From: Coleofasciculus sp. B1-GNL1-01
GTDB lineage: Bacteria > Cyanobacteriota > Cyanobacteriia > Cyanobacteriales > Coleofasciculaceae
NCBI GenBank assembly: GCA_040220235.1
Contig: JAVJTO010000053.1
DNA: 64,000 bases
Direction: 5' to 3' (one strand)
Of this stretch, positions 1 through 10,270 are shown one piece after another (the first letter of the stretch is position 1; each line of letters opens with the position of its first letter). Made by a program: the position numbers and the translations under genes. Under the pieces are notes generated by a model. That model was given only the letters and a program-made list of their open reading frames with translations, was not told the origin of the DNA and ran no database searches.

Positions 1-220
1 TAAATTCACTTAGTACCGTTGCATCAAATCCTGAATCCGTTAAGTTTAATCCCAAAGCATATTTCCAATCTATTCTACTCCTGACTGCATCGGCGGCTTG
101 TCGATCAGTTAAACCTTCCGCAAATTGCATTATGGTGATTATTGCTAATCGAGCTGGTGAGATGGCTGATTGTCCACATCGGACGGGAAATACATCCACA
201 AAGTCTTTGTCTTTATACTT
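1..220 (-). pseudogene. IS1182-family transposase fragment (5'-truncated, runs off window edge)
   Basis: Manual minus-strand translation KYKDKDFVDVFPVRCGQSAISPARLAIITIMQFAEGLTDRQAADAVRSRIDWKYALGLNLTDSGFDATVLSEF resembles the N-terminal region of IS1182-type transposases; no start/N-terminus upstream. Confidence 0.8.
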
Positions 221-805
221 CGCCCTCTTATGGAGTACAGTATTAGCCCCCTATCCCTGAAACTTCTAGATTGATGTTATACCTCATAGCAGAGGAAAGC
301 GCTGTATTTATTGCTCTGAGCCCCCTTTGGGGTTTGACCCCCCATTACCCCCTAGAGGGCGCAAGCTGATGGGGTTCCTCTCAACGTGAACCATGAATGG
401 ACGTGAAGGAATAGAGCAGCAGACTGATGGGGGTGAGGGGTCTGACCCCTGATTCGCCAGCAGTATCGTATATAGGGGAGGCGCTGCATACAACTGAAGT
501 TCCCTGTTGACAAATTGCTACACCGTATACCTATCTTGGCTTAGGGCGATTGGGTTTTTAGCTTCACTCTTGTCAAATCAGGCTCAGAGTAGGTATTGAG
601 TTCCCTGTAGTACCTTTGGAAGGTGGCAACTTCAGTGATATAGGGAGGTCTAAAAATAGCCTGGGCACACTCGCCGATATGACTTGATTCCCTTTCCCAC
701 ATTACTGCGTGAACGGCGAGCGCACCCAGGCTGATGAATAAACTCAACACAGACTGATCTCCTTACTCGTAGTCTAAACTCCAGTTAAGAAGGAACGTAT
801 CGCGA
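217..805 (-). ncRNA. Structured RNA segment, probable 5' part (DI-DIII) of a group II intron; no DV/DVI or RT ORF seen
   Basis: 19-bp stem 658-676/714-732 whose 3 mismatches are G-U pairs only on the minus strand; further stems 494-501/628-635 and 507-513/570-576; 5' end ..CGCGATACGTTCC resembles chloroplast-like class intron starts; DIII-like ..GTACTCCATAAGAGGGCGAAG at the junction. Confidence 0.5.
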
Positions 806-1084
806 AACTCTTGCCAGGGTTACATGGGGACGATTCTCAGGGGGTGGGCGCTAAAACCATTACGGGATAAGGCTTTCCCCTGGGTGTAGTACATCTGCAC
901 CGAAGAAACTTCAGTATAAAAGCGATTTTTATTTGCGTAAAACATACGCAAATAAAATCCCTCTTTGCTCTTTTCTTTTCTATCCCAGTATTGGGAGCAG
1001 AGGTTTACCTTAAATAAGAAAAAAAAGGTCGCACCAATTGTTCTGTTGGTTGCAAATTCTAACACCGTAGTCTTCACCTCAGTC

Positions 1085-1102
1085 TTAACATTGTGTTACA
1101 TT
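1085..1102. promoter_or_regulatory. HLR1-like direct repeat (possible RpaB site)
   Basis: TTAACATT-GT-GTTACATT fits (G/T)TTACAWW-N2-(G/T)TTACAWW with one mismatch; target gene unclear. Confidence 0.35.
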
Positions 1103-1116
1103 GTTGAGTTTTTTCT

Positions 1117-1290
1117 TGTCCACCTACTTATCTGACTTTTAGTCGGTTTTAGCTTAAATTCGTAGACCCGATTAAACAACTTGCATCACCTCCTTAATCC
1201 ATTATACAGCTATTTGACAAAACGTCAGAACGATTTATCAAATAAAAGCCGTCCTAGAAGGACGGGGCTTGTATCCCGGTTTTCCGGTCA
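1117..1290 (-). mobile_element. IS200/IS605 left-end remnant with the first ~20 codons of tnpB
   Basis: Minus strand TGAC-CGGAAAACCGGGATACAAGCCCCGTCCTTCTAGGACGGCTT hairpin, TATAAT, AGGAGG RBS, then TTG-FNRVYEFKLKPTKSQI (TnpB-like N-terminus), truncated. Confidence 0.65.
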
Positions 1291-1308
1291 TTTGTCCTTT
1301 GTCCTTTG

Positions 1309-1899
1309 TCAGAGCAAGTTTTCCCGACAGATATTCAACATCCGCTGATCATTCTCACTCAGTTGACCCACAGGTTGATACTGATCAAGCTTAACGGTGT
1401 AGGGATAGGTTAAGGATTCGTAAGTGCGATCGAGATTAAGCTGGCTCCCCGCCGCCGCTACCGCAGTTTCTTGCTGATTCTCAATCGTATGAGCTAAAGC
1501 GGTTTGGTCGTAGGGGTTGACAACTCGGAGATTCATCTGTTTAGATTCTAGAGTGCCATGAAAACAGCTAAATTCAGAGTGAGGTAAGTAAAGTGCCCCA
1601 ACTAGCTGTCCTTCATTGGCTTGAAATACAATATATTCTTGACCAATCTGATTGGGTTGAGAAGATTGACCGTAAAGGTACGTGCCATCTGGGATGGAAG
1701 TGGCTGAAGCGGATACAGTAGATGGATTCGTTTCTCCTGTAGAGTCCACGGTTTGCTTGAGTTGTTGAGCGACGGCTATAGGTCTACTAGAGACATTCAT
1801 TGTTAGTCCTACTGTGAGCAGTAACCCGGTTAGGGGTAAACGCCAAGAAAAAGATGGTTGACGTTGGGACTGAAAAAACTCAATGAATCGGCTAATCAC
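1309..1899 (-). CDS. Hypothetical exported/membrane-anchored protein
   Basis: 196-aa ORF, AGGAGG RBS, N-terminal hydrophobic segment, DGTYLYGQS motif, two Cys. Confidence 0.75.
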   Translation of the reverse strand: MISRFIEFFQSQRQPSFSWRLPLTGLLLTVGLTMNVSSRPIAVAQQLKQTVDSTGETNPSTVSASATSIPDGTYLYGQSSQPNQIGQEYIVFQANEGQLVGALYLPHSEFSCFHGTLESKQMNLRVVNPYDQTALAHTIENQQETAVAAAGSQLNLDRTYESLTYPYTVKLDQYQPVGQLSENDQRMLNICRENLL

Positions 1900-2302
1900 C
1901 GTGGTTACCTCCTTTAAAATAATATCGAAACACCCTTAAAAAATTTGGAATTTTATTACACAGTTGGTAGCCGCCCTAATTTGTTAAAGTAGATTTAAGC
2001 TAAAGTAGACGTTAGCAGGCATCCTTACTTTCTATCTAACCGTGAACCTGTCTCTGGTTTGCGCTGCCTTTATCCGGTTTCTCAACCGTCACAGTTTGTA
2101 TGGGCAAAATTACGCGGGTTTGTAATTGGATTGAACTATTCATCTCTCTCTAGTTAAACAATAATGGATGATGCTTCAGTGGCGATTCCCTCGAAGGAAT
2201 GAAAGTTAACTCACCCCGCAGAAGGTTTTTCTACGGACACAGTATTTTCAGGAGCTTCAATCGCTAGTCTGGGGATTGCTGAAGAAATTAATATTTTTTT
2301 AC

Positions 2303-2337
2303 AAAAAAAAGTGGTAGCGAATTTGTGCTACCACTTT
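2303..2337 (-). terminator. Rho-independent terminator downstream of the sigma factor gene
   Basis: AAAGTGGTAGC/GCTACCACTTT hairpin followed by a U-tract on the minus strand. Confidence 0.7.
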
Positions 2338-2464
2338 CATCGAATGTCGCCAACTTGAACGTTCGGAAATAGTCTTTGAGTTTTAACGGGTTTAAGCTTT
2401 AAGCCAGAACTTGAGTTCTTGGCTATGCCAACGTTTAGGGCGCTAAAGCGCAACTACAAACCAA

Positions 2465-3448
2465 CTAACTGGCGATGTATTCCCGTACCGTGGCATGGCG
2501 TCGTCTGAGTTGGGCTAAGGCTTGATGCTCTAACTGGCGTACTCGTTCGCGACTGAGATTGAGTCTCTGTCCGACTTTTGCCAGAGAGAGTTCATTCCCA
2601 TCTTCTAAGCCAAAGCGCAGTGCTAAGACTTCCCGTTGTTGGGGGGTTAATTCTGCCAGGAGATTATCTAAATCTTGGCGCAGGGATTCCTGGGTGGTGT
2701 AATGAACCGGAGTCGGTCCACTATCTTCCAACAGATCAGATAATTCTGTATCTTGGTTATCCCCTACCCGCACATCCAATGATACGGGTTGACGGGCGAT
2801 GCTCAAATACTCGCGAATTTGGGCAGGTTCTAAATCTAACTCTTGACCAATCTCCGTTGGTGTCGCGTTACGCCCCAATCTCTGAGACAACTCCCGTTGC
2901 ACTTTCTTGATCTTATTCAGCTTTTCGGTAATGTGAATCGGTAACCGAATCGCCCGGGCTTGTTGGGCGATCGCGCGAGTAATGGCTTGACGAATCCACC
3001 AGTACGCATAAGTAGAGAACTTATACCCTCGCGTTGGGTCGAATTTCTCCACCCCTCGCTCTAATCCCAGGGTGCCTTCCTGAATCAAGTCCAGGAATTC
3101 CATGTTACGCTTCTGATACTTTTTCGCGATCGCCACCACTAGGCGCAGATTCGCTTCGATCATTTTACGCTTAGCTCGCGTTCCCTGGTTTATAATTTTC
3201 TTAAGGGCTGATTCCTCTAAATCAACGTGATCTGCCCACTCCTGCATCGTCGGTTCGCGCTCTAAGGTTTCCGCTAAGGCTTCTTTTGCCTCCAAGAGCG
3301 GCATCATCTGCTGCACTTGCTTACCATAGACAATTTCTTGCTCATGGGTCAGTAGTGGCACGCGACCGATTTCATGCAGATAGGTGCGAACCATATCTGC
3401 CGAAAATGTGGGCTTGGTCGTTTTGGGTTTGGTGTTAACAGTGGGCAT
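2465..3448 (-). CDS. sigB: Group 2 RNA polymerase sigma-70 factor (SigB-type)
   Basis: Region 1.2 DMVRTYLHEIGRVPLL, region 2 ANLRLVVAIAKKY / DLIQEG / GYKFSTYAYWWIRQAI, region 4 SRERVRQLE; no region 1.1; likely start MPTVNT at 3448. Confidence 0.9.
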   Translation of the reverse strand: MPTVNTKPKTTKPTFSADMVRTYLHEIGRVPLLTHEQEIVYGKQVQQMMPLLEAKEALAETLEREPTMQEWADHVDLEESALKKIINQGTRAKRKMIEANLRLVVAIAKKYQKRNMEFLDLIQEGTLGLERGVEKFDPTRGYKFSTYAYWWIRQAITRAIAQQARAIRLPIHITEKLNKIKKVQRELSQRLGRNATPTEIGQELDLEPAQIREYLSIARQPVSLDVRVGDNQDTELSDLLEDSGPTPVHYTTQESLRQDLDNLLAELTPQQREVLALRFGLEDGNELSLAKVGQRLNLSRERVRQLEHQALAQLRRRHATVREYIAS

Positions 3449-4299
3449 CTGTGAGTAGTGACTCCGTAAACGAGCAATAAATCTGTCGCGGATTTTGACC
3501 TCAAAAGCAAAAGCTATAGCCATCTCTCACCTTGAGGATACGTGCGCGAAGCGGTTGTTTACATCTACTAAAAGATGTATAGACTCCTACCTGTATTGAG
3601 TTGGGCAGGAGATCGAACCGTAGATCAGGAGTTAAAGCGATTGACTCAGTTAATTGTCTCTTCGTTGATTCTGCGGCGTTTCCTAGCTGACTAAGCTCTG
3701 GGCTAGGAACAAGGCGAATGCGAAGTCAGTATGAGTTTGCCTTAACTCTATAGTATTACACCTTTAGACGACGGTAAAGAGGTAAAGGTTCAACATTTCG
3801 GAAAAATCATCCGGGTGTCGCATCTGCTACTTTTCCTCCTGACACCGACATGGTTTAACAGGTTGGCATTCTCTCCTAGTTACTATCATCGCCTAAAACA
3901 CCGAGAAACGGATAGAGTTGAATCGGGGAAATAACCGAACTGATTTGGGGATAGATATCCTCCCAATCCCCTAGTCTGGCACGATGCCTTTTTCGTTAAC
4001 GGGGATGGTTGAGGAGGTGAGGAGGTGAGCCAGGACAGATTCCCAGGAGATGAAACGCCCCTAATTTTATCAGGGTCATTAACCCTTTTTCCCTATTCTC
4101 CCCATCACTCCAATACCAAATATTCCTCCATCCTGTCGAGATGGAAGAGTTTTTTGGGCGCAACTCGATAATCATGAATCATAGCAGGAGTGAAGCCTAA
4201 ATCCAAGCCTCTATGTCAGAATATTATCATTTGCTGCCTCTTTGTCCTTTGTATTGCTTTTGTTCTAAGAACAATAACTCGCGATGCTCAGGCAACACT

Positions 4300-4941
4300 C
4301 TAGGAACTACTTTCCAGAGACGTTCCCACCACACAAGTCCGCTCTAACTTCGCACCATTTACATTGACGTCATCGAGTTCAGCACAAAGCAAATTCGCTC
4401 CCGTTAAATTCGCCCCTCCCAGATTCGCCCCGCGCAAATCCGCTTCCTCAAAATTGGCGTCACACAAGCTAGCGCCTTGTAAATCCGCTTGCGATAAATC
4501 CGCCCCCTTAAGATTAGCACTGTTGAGATTCGCCCCCCGCAGATCAGCACCTCGGAAATCGACGCCCTGAAGGTTGACACCCATAAGATTCGCGCCACTC
4601 AAAAATGCTCCCGCCAAGGATACCTGTGTCAAATTCGCGCCCATTAAATTCGCGCCTCGGAGATTGCTCCCGCGCAAATCCGCCCCAGTCAAGTTGGCTT
4701 GCATCAGATTAGCGCCCAAACAATTTGCCCGCACATCAGCCGACACCAATTGAGCGCACAGAAGTTTAGCGCCATCCAGACGAGCACCGTTGAGATTAGC
4801 TCTCGACAAATTCGTACCCACCAGACTAGCGCCTGCCAAATTAATCTGTTCCAGTTGGCTCCCAGACAAATCTTCGTCGTCTAGATTAGCACCTGAGAGC
4901 TGCTTAATTTTTCCTGCGCGAATTGCTTCGATTTCCATCAA
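4300..4941 (-). CDS. Pentapeptide repeat protein
   Basis: Continuous A(D/N)LxG pentapeptide repeats. Confidence 0.95.
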   Translation of the reverse strand: MMEIEAIRAGKIKQLSGANLDDEDLSGSQLEQINLAGASLVGTNLSRANLNGARLDGAKLLCAQLVSADVRANCLGANLMQANLTGADLRGSNLRGANLMGANLTQVSLAGAFLSGANLMGVNLQGVDFRGADLRGANLNSANLKGADLSQADLQGASLCDANFEEADLRGANLGGANLTGANLLCAELDDVNVNGAKLERTCVVGTSLESSS

Positions 4942-4962
4942 TTTTCCTGCGTGACTTAAACC

Positions 4963-6354
4963 TTAAGACGAAACATTGGATTGGGCTTCCTGGGGGGAAT
5001 GGGAATCAAGCAACCACATCCCTGCGGCTATTTTAGGTTGATTTGCCTGTAAACTCATACCCTGTTGCATTCCCATCACCAGTAGTTCTAGAGCCTCAAG
5101 CAGTTTTGGGTCAAATACTGTACCCGCTGACGCCTGACAGTCGTTAAGTGCTTTTGCCAAAGGAGTCTCTTGGGATTGATAGTCCTTGAGCCGCTGTTGA
5201 AATGTGGTCATCAGTGCTAAAATTCTCGACTCCAAGGGAATTTCATCATAAGCCAAACCATCCGGTTGTCCGGAGCCATCCCAATGTTCGGTTTGGTGGG
5301 TAATAATATTAGCAATTGCCTGTAATTGGGGCATGACCCGCAAAACCGTGGATTTTGGCATTGCCTCTTGTTGAGAAATCGCCTGTTGCTGCACCGTGGA
5401 TTTTGTCGGTTCTAGATCCTCATCTACCCCTTGTAACGGCGCGAGGCGATGCAGCAATCCCGCTAATCGCAGCCGTTTGATTTGCCACGCAGGTAAATCA
5501 AGCAATTGACCCATCGCTTCACAAAGGGTTGCCACTTCCGCCGCTGCCATGGGATTAGTTACATCAGCTTGATCGATGAGCTGTGCCATCCGCAAAAATG
5601 CCTGCACTTTATTAGACACTAAATTATTATCTAAGTCTTGCTCGGCAAGGGGCAAGTTCTGAAGTGGCTCATCCTCAGTTTGGTGTAATTCTTGTTCAAA
5701 GCTTTCGAGATATTCGACGACGCGAGACACAACCTCCCCAATATCATCGCGTTTTTTGCTACCGAAGGCTGCCGTGATCTGTTGTGCTTGGTCGGTTAGG
5801 CGCTGTTGTAACTGTTGATCGTAACCGCCAATGTGTGCGATCGCTAAATCGACTGTTTCCCGAACCAATTCCGGCTCAAATGTCCAGAACCCATAAAACT
5901 TGCGCTCCCGATCATCTTTGGGTGGTCCTTTACTGCCATAATCCTCAGCCGATAACTCTTGACATAAGACCATTGCTGTGTATGTCTCTGACATAATGAT
6001 CAAATGCCATTCTTGAGCCACTGGATCAGACGCATCTAAATCCAATAGTCTCACATTAGAGCGCTGGCTGGTGGGATGTTCCCCAAAACCAGTTTCCGCT
6101 GTCGCCAGAATTACCACTTGAGACGACTGTTCCGCTAAATCGCCATAGCGTTCTGCCTCTTGCATATACCATTTTCCCTGTTGAAATGCTGCAATTAGCA
6201 GAGGTTTTCCCTCTGACTCTAAGATGAAGTCTTCCAAGGCATGACACAGGGCAATCAGGGTGTTTTTGTGATAAACGCCAAAATTCAGCGGTCGCTTACC
6301 ACCGCGATGAGCTGTGTCTAACTTTTGTAATATCGAACCTTGCAGCATGATCAA
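4963..6354 (-). CDS. DICT sensory domain + degenerate HD-GYP domain protein
   Basis: N-terminal KNTLIALCHALED..AAFQ..EW..FYGFWTFEP (DICT-like); C-terminal EHWDGSGQPDGL..IPLESRIL..FDP (HD-GYP-like). Confidence 0.85.
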   Translation of the reverse strand: MIMLQGSILQKLDTAHRGGKRPLNFGVYHKNTLIALCHALEDFILESEGKPLLIAAFQQGKWYMQEAERYGDLAEQSSQVVILATAETGFGEHPTSQRSNVRLLDLDASDPVAQEWHLIIMSETYTAMVLCQELSAEDYGSKGPPKDDRERKFYGFWTFEPELVRETVDLAIAHIGGYDQQLQQRLTDQAQQITAAFGSKKRDDIGEVVSRVVEYLESFEQELHQTEDEPLQNLPLAEQDLDNNLVSNKVQAFLRMAQLIDQADVTNPMAAAEVATLCEAMGQLLDLPAWQIKRLRLAGLLHRLAPLQGVDEDLEPTKSTVQQQAISQQEAMPKSTVLRVMPQLQAIANIITHQTEHWDGSGQPDGLAYDEIPLESRILALMTTFQQRLKDYQSQETPLAKALNDCQASAGTVFDPKLLEALELLVMGMQQGMSLQANQPKIAAGMWLLDSHSPQEAQSNVSS

Positions 6355-6518
6355 ACCTTGTCTGAGGGGTTCAGGGGAAAGTGGGTGTAATAGAGACGTG
6401 CCATGGCGCGTCTGGGAGCAGGGGAGAATTTTAACCGATGATTTTATGTTAATTATGATACATTTTAGGGTTAAATTTCTCCAAGCTGTTCGAGTTAACG
6501 ATAAACGGATAGAATCAA

Positions 6519-8102
6519 CTACCCCGCTGTAACCAGTTGTTTAGGCGGCGTCTTAGCTGAGGCTTCAATCGGAGCCGCTAATGCATCCTCTAAATCCGCA
6601 CAGCCCAAGCGTTCCTCTAAAATTTTCATCACTTCGCGACCAAAATCATCGGGATTTTGCCGCCACGCTTGCAGACAAACCTCTCCAAAGAACGAGCCTA
6701 GGGGTTCGGGATTCCAGAGTAGCTTTTTCGCCGTCCAAGGCATTAAACTCATTGGATCATAGTCTTTTTCGAGAATATCGTTCTCAAAAGCGTAGGCTTC
6801 CAAATGAGTATGGGGTTGTAATCCGATAAAGAAGATCGCGGGTTCCACCTTGTCAGCACCAAAGATTCGCTCTAACTCCCGGTGATAGGCAATGGTTTGG
6901 CGAATGGTGTCTGGTCGCTCATCTATTACATTAAAGGAATAGTTGACCGAAACCAAGTCATTAAATCCCGCTGCTTTTAAATCCCGACAATTTTGCAGCA
7001 CGGTGCGAAGGTTGTACCCCATTCGCATCTTGCGAACTAATTCCTGGGAACCACTGGTAATACCGATTTCAAAGTAGTTCATCCCGGTTTTCACCATCAA
7101 GTCACATAATTCCGGGGTGAGATTATCGGCGCGAATATATGCCGCCCAGTGAATGTCTGTCATCCCGGAGTCGAGAATTTTCTGCAACAGTTCCACCGCA
7201 TCGTCGATAAACTTCCGCGCTGGGATAAACTGAGCATCGGTAAACCAGAAGTTGCGGATACCTCGGTCATAAAGCTGGCGCATTTCGGCAACTACTTCAT
7301 CAGCGGGATTGATCCGTACTTGTTTACCTTCGACGACGGTGTAGATGCAGTAGCAGCAGTTGTGGGGACAACCCCGTTTAGTTTGCACCCCAATATAAAA
7401 GTCGCTCTCTTGAAAATAATAATCAAACGCCGACCAGATGCTTTGGATATAGTCGTAATTACAAGCGGTTTTTTCTAGGGGAGTTGGGCGTTCATGAATC
7501 ATGCGATCGCGCGGCTGCGTATCACCCACCACATAACAGCGCTCATCAGCAAACGATTCACCCCGCAGGAGTTTCTCTAGCAGGGTTTCACCTTCGCCAA
7601 CGGAGACAATTGTCCCATTGGGTAATTTCGTCTTCAGTTGTTCATAAAATACACTAACCGCACCGCCGCCAACCATCAGACGTGCCTCTGGGTTGTAAGT
7701 ACGAGCGCGTTTAAGTCCCCGGCGAATCAATCCTAAATTACGCCACAGTTCATTGTAATAAGCGGCGGCTAAACGTAATCCACCGATCGCCCCGCGTAAC
7801 TTGACAAAGGGGTTACTGGCGTAGTAAAACTCGAAGGCATTTTGCAAAGGGTTCCCCCCTCTACCACCAACTGGCGCATAGATTTGAATATCGCGCCAGG
7901 AGAATACCAACAGCGTCGGTTGGAATTCGTCAATACAGGCGTCGAGCGATCGCGAAAAATCCAGGGGAGGTACAGTGCCTAAGTCAAAGATGCGCTGTTC
8001 TACCTCTGGGAAGAGTTTGTGAACGTGATCGGCTAGATAGACAACACCAATCGGGAAAATTGGGTTGCAGGGGAGGCGCACATAAAGAATTTTGGGTGAC
8101 AT
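6519..8102 (-). CDS. B12-binding radical SAM protein (cyanobacterial slr0320-like, PSII high-light acclimation family)
   Basis: RGCPHNCCYC CxxxCxxC motif; N-terminal cobalamin-binding-like domain; start MSPKILYVRLPCNPIFPIG. Confidence 0.9.
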   Translation of the reverse strand: MSPKILYVRLPCNPIFPIGVVYLADHVHKLFPEVEQRIFDLGTVPPLDFSRSLDACIDEFQPTLLVFSWRDIQIYAPVGGRGGNPLQNAFEFYYASNPFVKLRGAIGGLRLAAAYYNELWRNLGLIRRGLKRARTYNPEARLMVGGGAVSVFYEQLKTKLPNGTIVSVGEGETLLEKLLRGESFADERCYVVGDTQPRDRMIHERPTPLEKTACNYDYIQSIWSAFDYYFQESDFYIGVQTKRGCPHNCCYCIYTVVEGKQVRINPADEVVAEMRQLYDRGIRNFWFTDAQFIPARKFIDDAVELLQKILDSGMTDIHWAAYIRADNLTPELCDLMVKTGMNYFEIGITSGSQELVRKMRMGYNLRTVLQNCRDLKAAGFNDLVSVNYSFNVIDERPDTIRQTIAYHRELERIFGADKVEPAIFFIGLQPHTHLEAYAFENDILEKDYDPMSLMPWTAKKLLWNPEPLGSFFGEVCLQAWRQNPDDFGREVMKILEERLGCADLEDALAAPIEASAKTPPKQLVTAG

Positions 8103-8604
8103 TATAAATTTTATCTGGGGTAAATCGGCTTTTATGAACAGGATTGGCTCGGTTGAACTGGGCAAATCTCCAACCCAACTTGGATGAAAACCCGGTGTAC
8201 GTAGACGCTTAAGCCCTCACCGACCGGGAGATAAGAACACAGCCCCAGTCCAGCTTTCTCAGATATTTGATTTCTTTTTCACATAACTTAACTTTACTTT
8301 AACAAGATTGGGTTCTGACCTCAAGCGTATGCTATTTTTTTTCGTGGGGTTCATATCTGAGAGTCTGAGGGAGGTAGTCTAAGCAATCTTACCTAAGGCG
8401 TTCCAATTGAGGGTCTTAACCCTAGGTAGAAGTTCTCATCCCCAGGGATGGGATCAATTAGCCATTTAGCGGCGATCGCTGGGACGCGATTGGCGAAAAA
8501 CCCGCACAATTGGTAGTCGGGTTTACAACAGGGACTGGATCACAAGTGCTAAGTTAGGTGAAGTAATAACAATCAGAATTCATTTAGTACCTCACTCAGC
8601 AGTT

Positions 8605-8994
8605 ATGACTCAGATACTTGATCCCCTACCTTCTGATAATCAAACTCACATTGTCTGTTGCTACGTAAACGCCACGAGCCAGATTCAAATTGCTCGGATT
8701 ACAAATATTCCCAATTGGTATTTTGAGCGCGTGGTTTTTCCAGGACAGCGCTTAGTCTTTGAAGCCCTACCCCAAGCGCTATTGGAGATTCACACAGGCA
8801 TGATGGCAAGTGCGATTCTCTCGGATACCATACCCTGTACTCGCTTGCTTGTCGCTCAAGACGGTAATCCGGCGTCATCTTCTGACGCTAAAGCCGTTGT
8901 ACCACCGACTGATGATAACAAGTCCAGTGAAAAAACAATTAGTCATAATAGCCCAGCCAGCAAAGAGCGTTTAGCTGTGGCAACAGCTCATTAG
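8605..8994 (+). CDS. DUF1830-like protein
   Basis: CCYVNATSQIQIARITNIPNWYFERVVFPGQRLVFEA motif. Confidence 0.85.
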   Translation: MTQILDPLPSDNQTHIVCCYVNATSQIQIARITNIPNWYFERVVFPGQRLVFEALPQALLEIHTGMMASAILSDTIPCTRLLVAQDGNPASSSDAKAVVPPTDDNKSSEKTISHNSPASKERLAVATAH

Positions 8995-9099
8995 ATAACA
9001 AAAGCTATTAAAAAACAAAGATTAAGGGGGTTGTTCAGCCGAGCAACCTCTTACGTTACGATTGGGGCAGTAAACAGGCTAAATTTGAGGCATCAAGTT

Positions 9100-9534
9100 G
9101 TGAATCTGCCCGACTTTATCTGGTTGTGGAAAATAGCCGCTTGGTCAATGGGTTTGTCCCTCGCGGCTTATGGTCTGTTGGCGGTGACGGGCAGTGTTCT
9201 GTTCACGAAACGGCGCTCTCAACACCCCAAACCAAAATGGTTGCGACCTTTACACTACATCATCGGATGGGTAATGGTCAGTTTGGTCTTGCTGCTCCTG
9301 GGAATTGGTTTAGTGGGTACTATCGGTCATTATGGCAATCTCGGACATTCTGGACACTTGATTGCCGGATTAGCTGTCGTAGCGTTGGTTGCGGTGTCTG
9401 CCGCAAGTTCAACCCAGATTAGCCCCCAACACCCTTGGGCGCGGGCAGTTCATCTGGGAACCAATATTGCTTTATTTGTCGGATTTGCCTGGGTATCTTA
9501 TACCGGATGGCAGGTGGTGCAGAAATATTTGTGA
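9100..9534 (+). CDS. DUF4079-like membrane protein (His-containing TM helices)
   Basis: Four hydrophobic helices with His residues; probable GTG start MNLPDFIWLWKIAAWSMG. Confidence 0.8.
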   Translation: MNLPDFIWLWKIAAWSMGLSLAAYGLLAVTGSVLFTKRRSQHPKPKWLRPLHYIIGWVMVSLVLLLLGIGLVGTIGHYGNLGHSGHLIAGLAVVALVAVSAASSTQISPQHPWARAVHLGTNIALFVGFAWVSYTGWQVVQKYL

Positions 9535-9535
9535 T

Positions 9536-9635
9536 CAGAGGGAGCAGGGGGAGCAGAGGGAGCAGGGGGAGCAGAGGGAGCAGAGGGAGCAGAGGGAGCA
9601 GAGGGAGCAGAGGGAGCAGGGGGAGCAGGGGGAGC
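9536..9635. repeat. Tandem 9-mer array (CAG(A/G)GGGAG)n
   Basis: About 11 direct copies immediately after the stop codon. Confidence 0.95.
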
Positions 9636-9862
9636 GATATAATTGGGAAGGCGTTAGCTTATCCGGCAAGAAGCCCTACATTATGATGATCTTTGATTTC
9701 ATGTAGGTCGCTCACTTCACTAGATATAATCTCCTGAGAAGGTTGCCACAGCAGACAACGTTTAGCTGGAGAGGGTGTAAGTCTAGTAAAAAAAAGCCAG
9801 TACAAAAACTATCTAATATGTAGGTGGGACATAAGTCCTGTAGAATTTACAGGGAAACAAAG

Positions 9863-10216
9863 ATGAATAAATTAATTGGATTAGTGATCATTGCTGCCGT
9901 TGTAGTCGGAGCAGCTTTAGGTTGGCAGGGTATATCCCTTCCGTTCTTGGGAGGACTCTTTGGGGGTGAAAACCGCACAGCGAACCAAATCATTGAGTCA
10001 GTTCCAGACACGGCAACCGACCAAGGGGCAACACAACAACCTCAAACAGCAACGGGAACTCAGCCAACTCAGCCAACGGCTCAGGCGCCGGCGACGATTA
10101 ATCAAGCCCAAAATAATCAGGGTACAGCTCAAGCCCCTCAAACCACAGTGGGTCAAGCGGATACAGGCGCGGGTGAAGCGACCGAGGAGTCCGAACCGAT
10201 TACGGCTCTCTGGTAA
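9863..10216 (+). CDS. Hypothetical membrane-anchored Q/T/A/P-rich protein ending PITALW
   Basis: N-terminal TM/signal segment, low-complexity linker, C-terminal PITALW. Confidence 0.75.
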   Translation: MNKLIGLVIIAAVVVGAALGWQGISLPFLGGLFGGENRTANQIIESVPDTATDQGATQQPQTATGTQPTQPTAQAPATINQAQNNQGTAQAPQTTVGQADTGAGEATEESEPITALW

Positions 10217-10270
10217 CCTGATTGATCAAATCTGTACGGACTGGCTAGGGCGCGTCTAACGTTTTATCTA

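Noticed and set aside
308..1077. Three short minus-strand ORFs (61, 69, 85 aa)
   Set aside because: No recognisable motifs; two lie in the structured RNA-like region
9389..9706. ORFs with REQ/GSR repeats (also 31188-31595, 36300-36599, 43328-43708, 54842-55219)
   Set aside because: Open frames are by-products of stop-free tandem repeats
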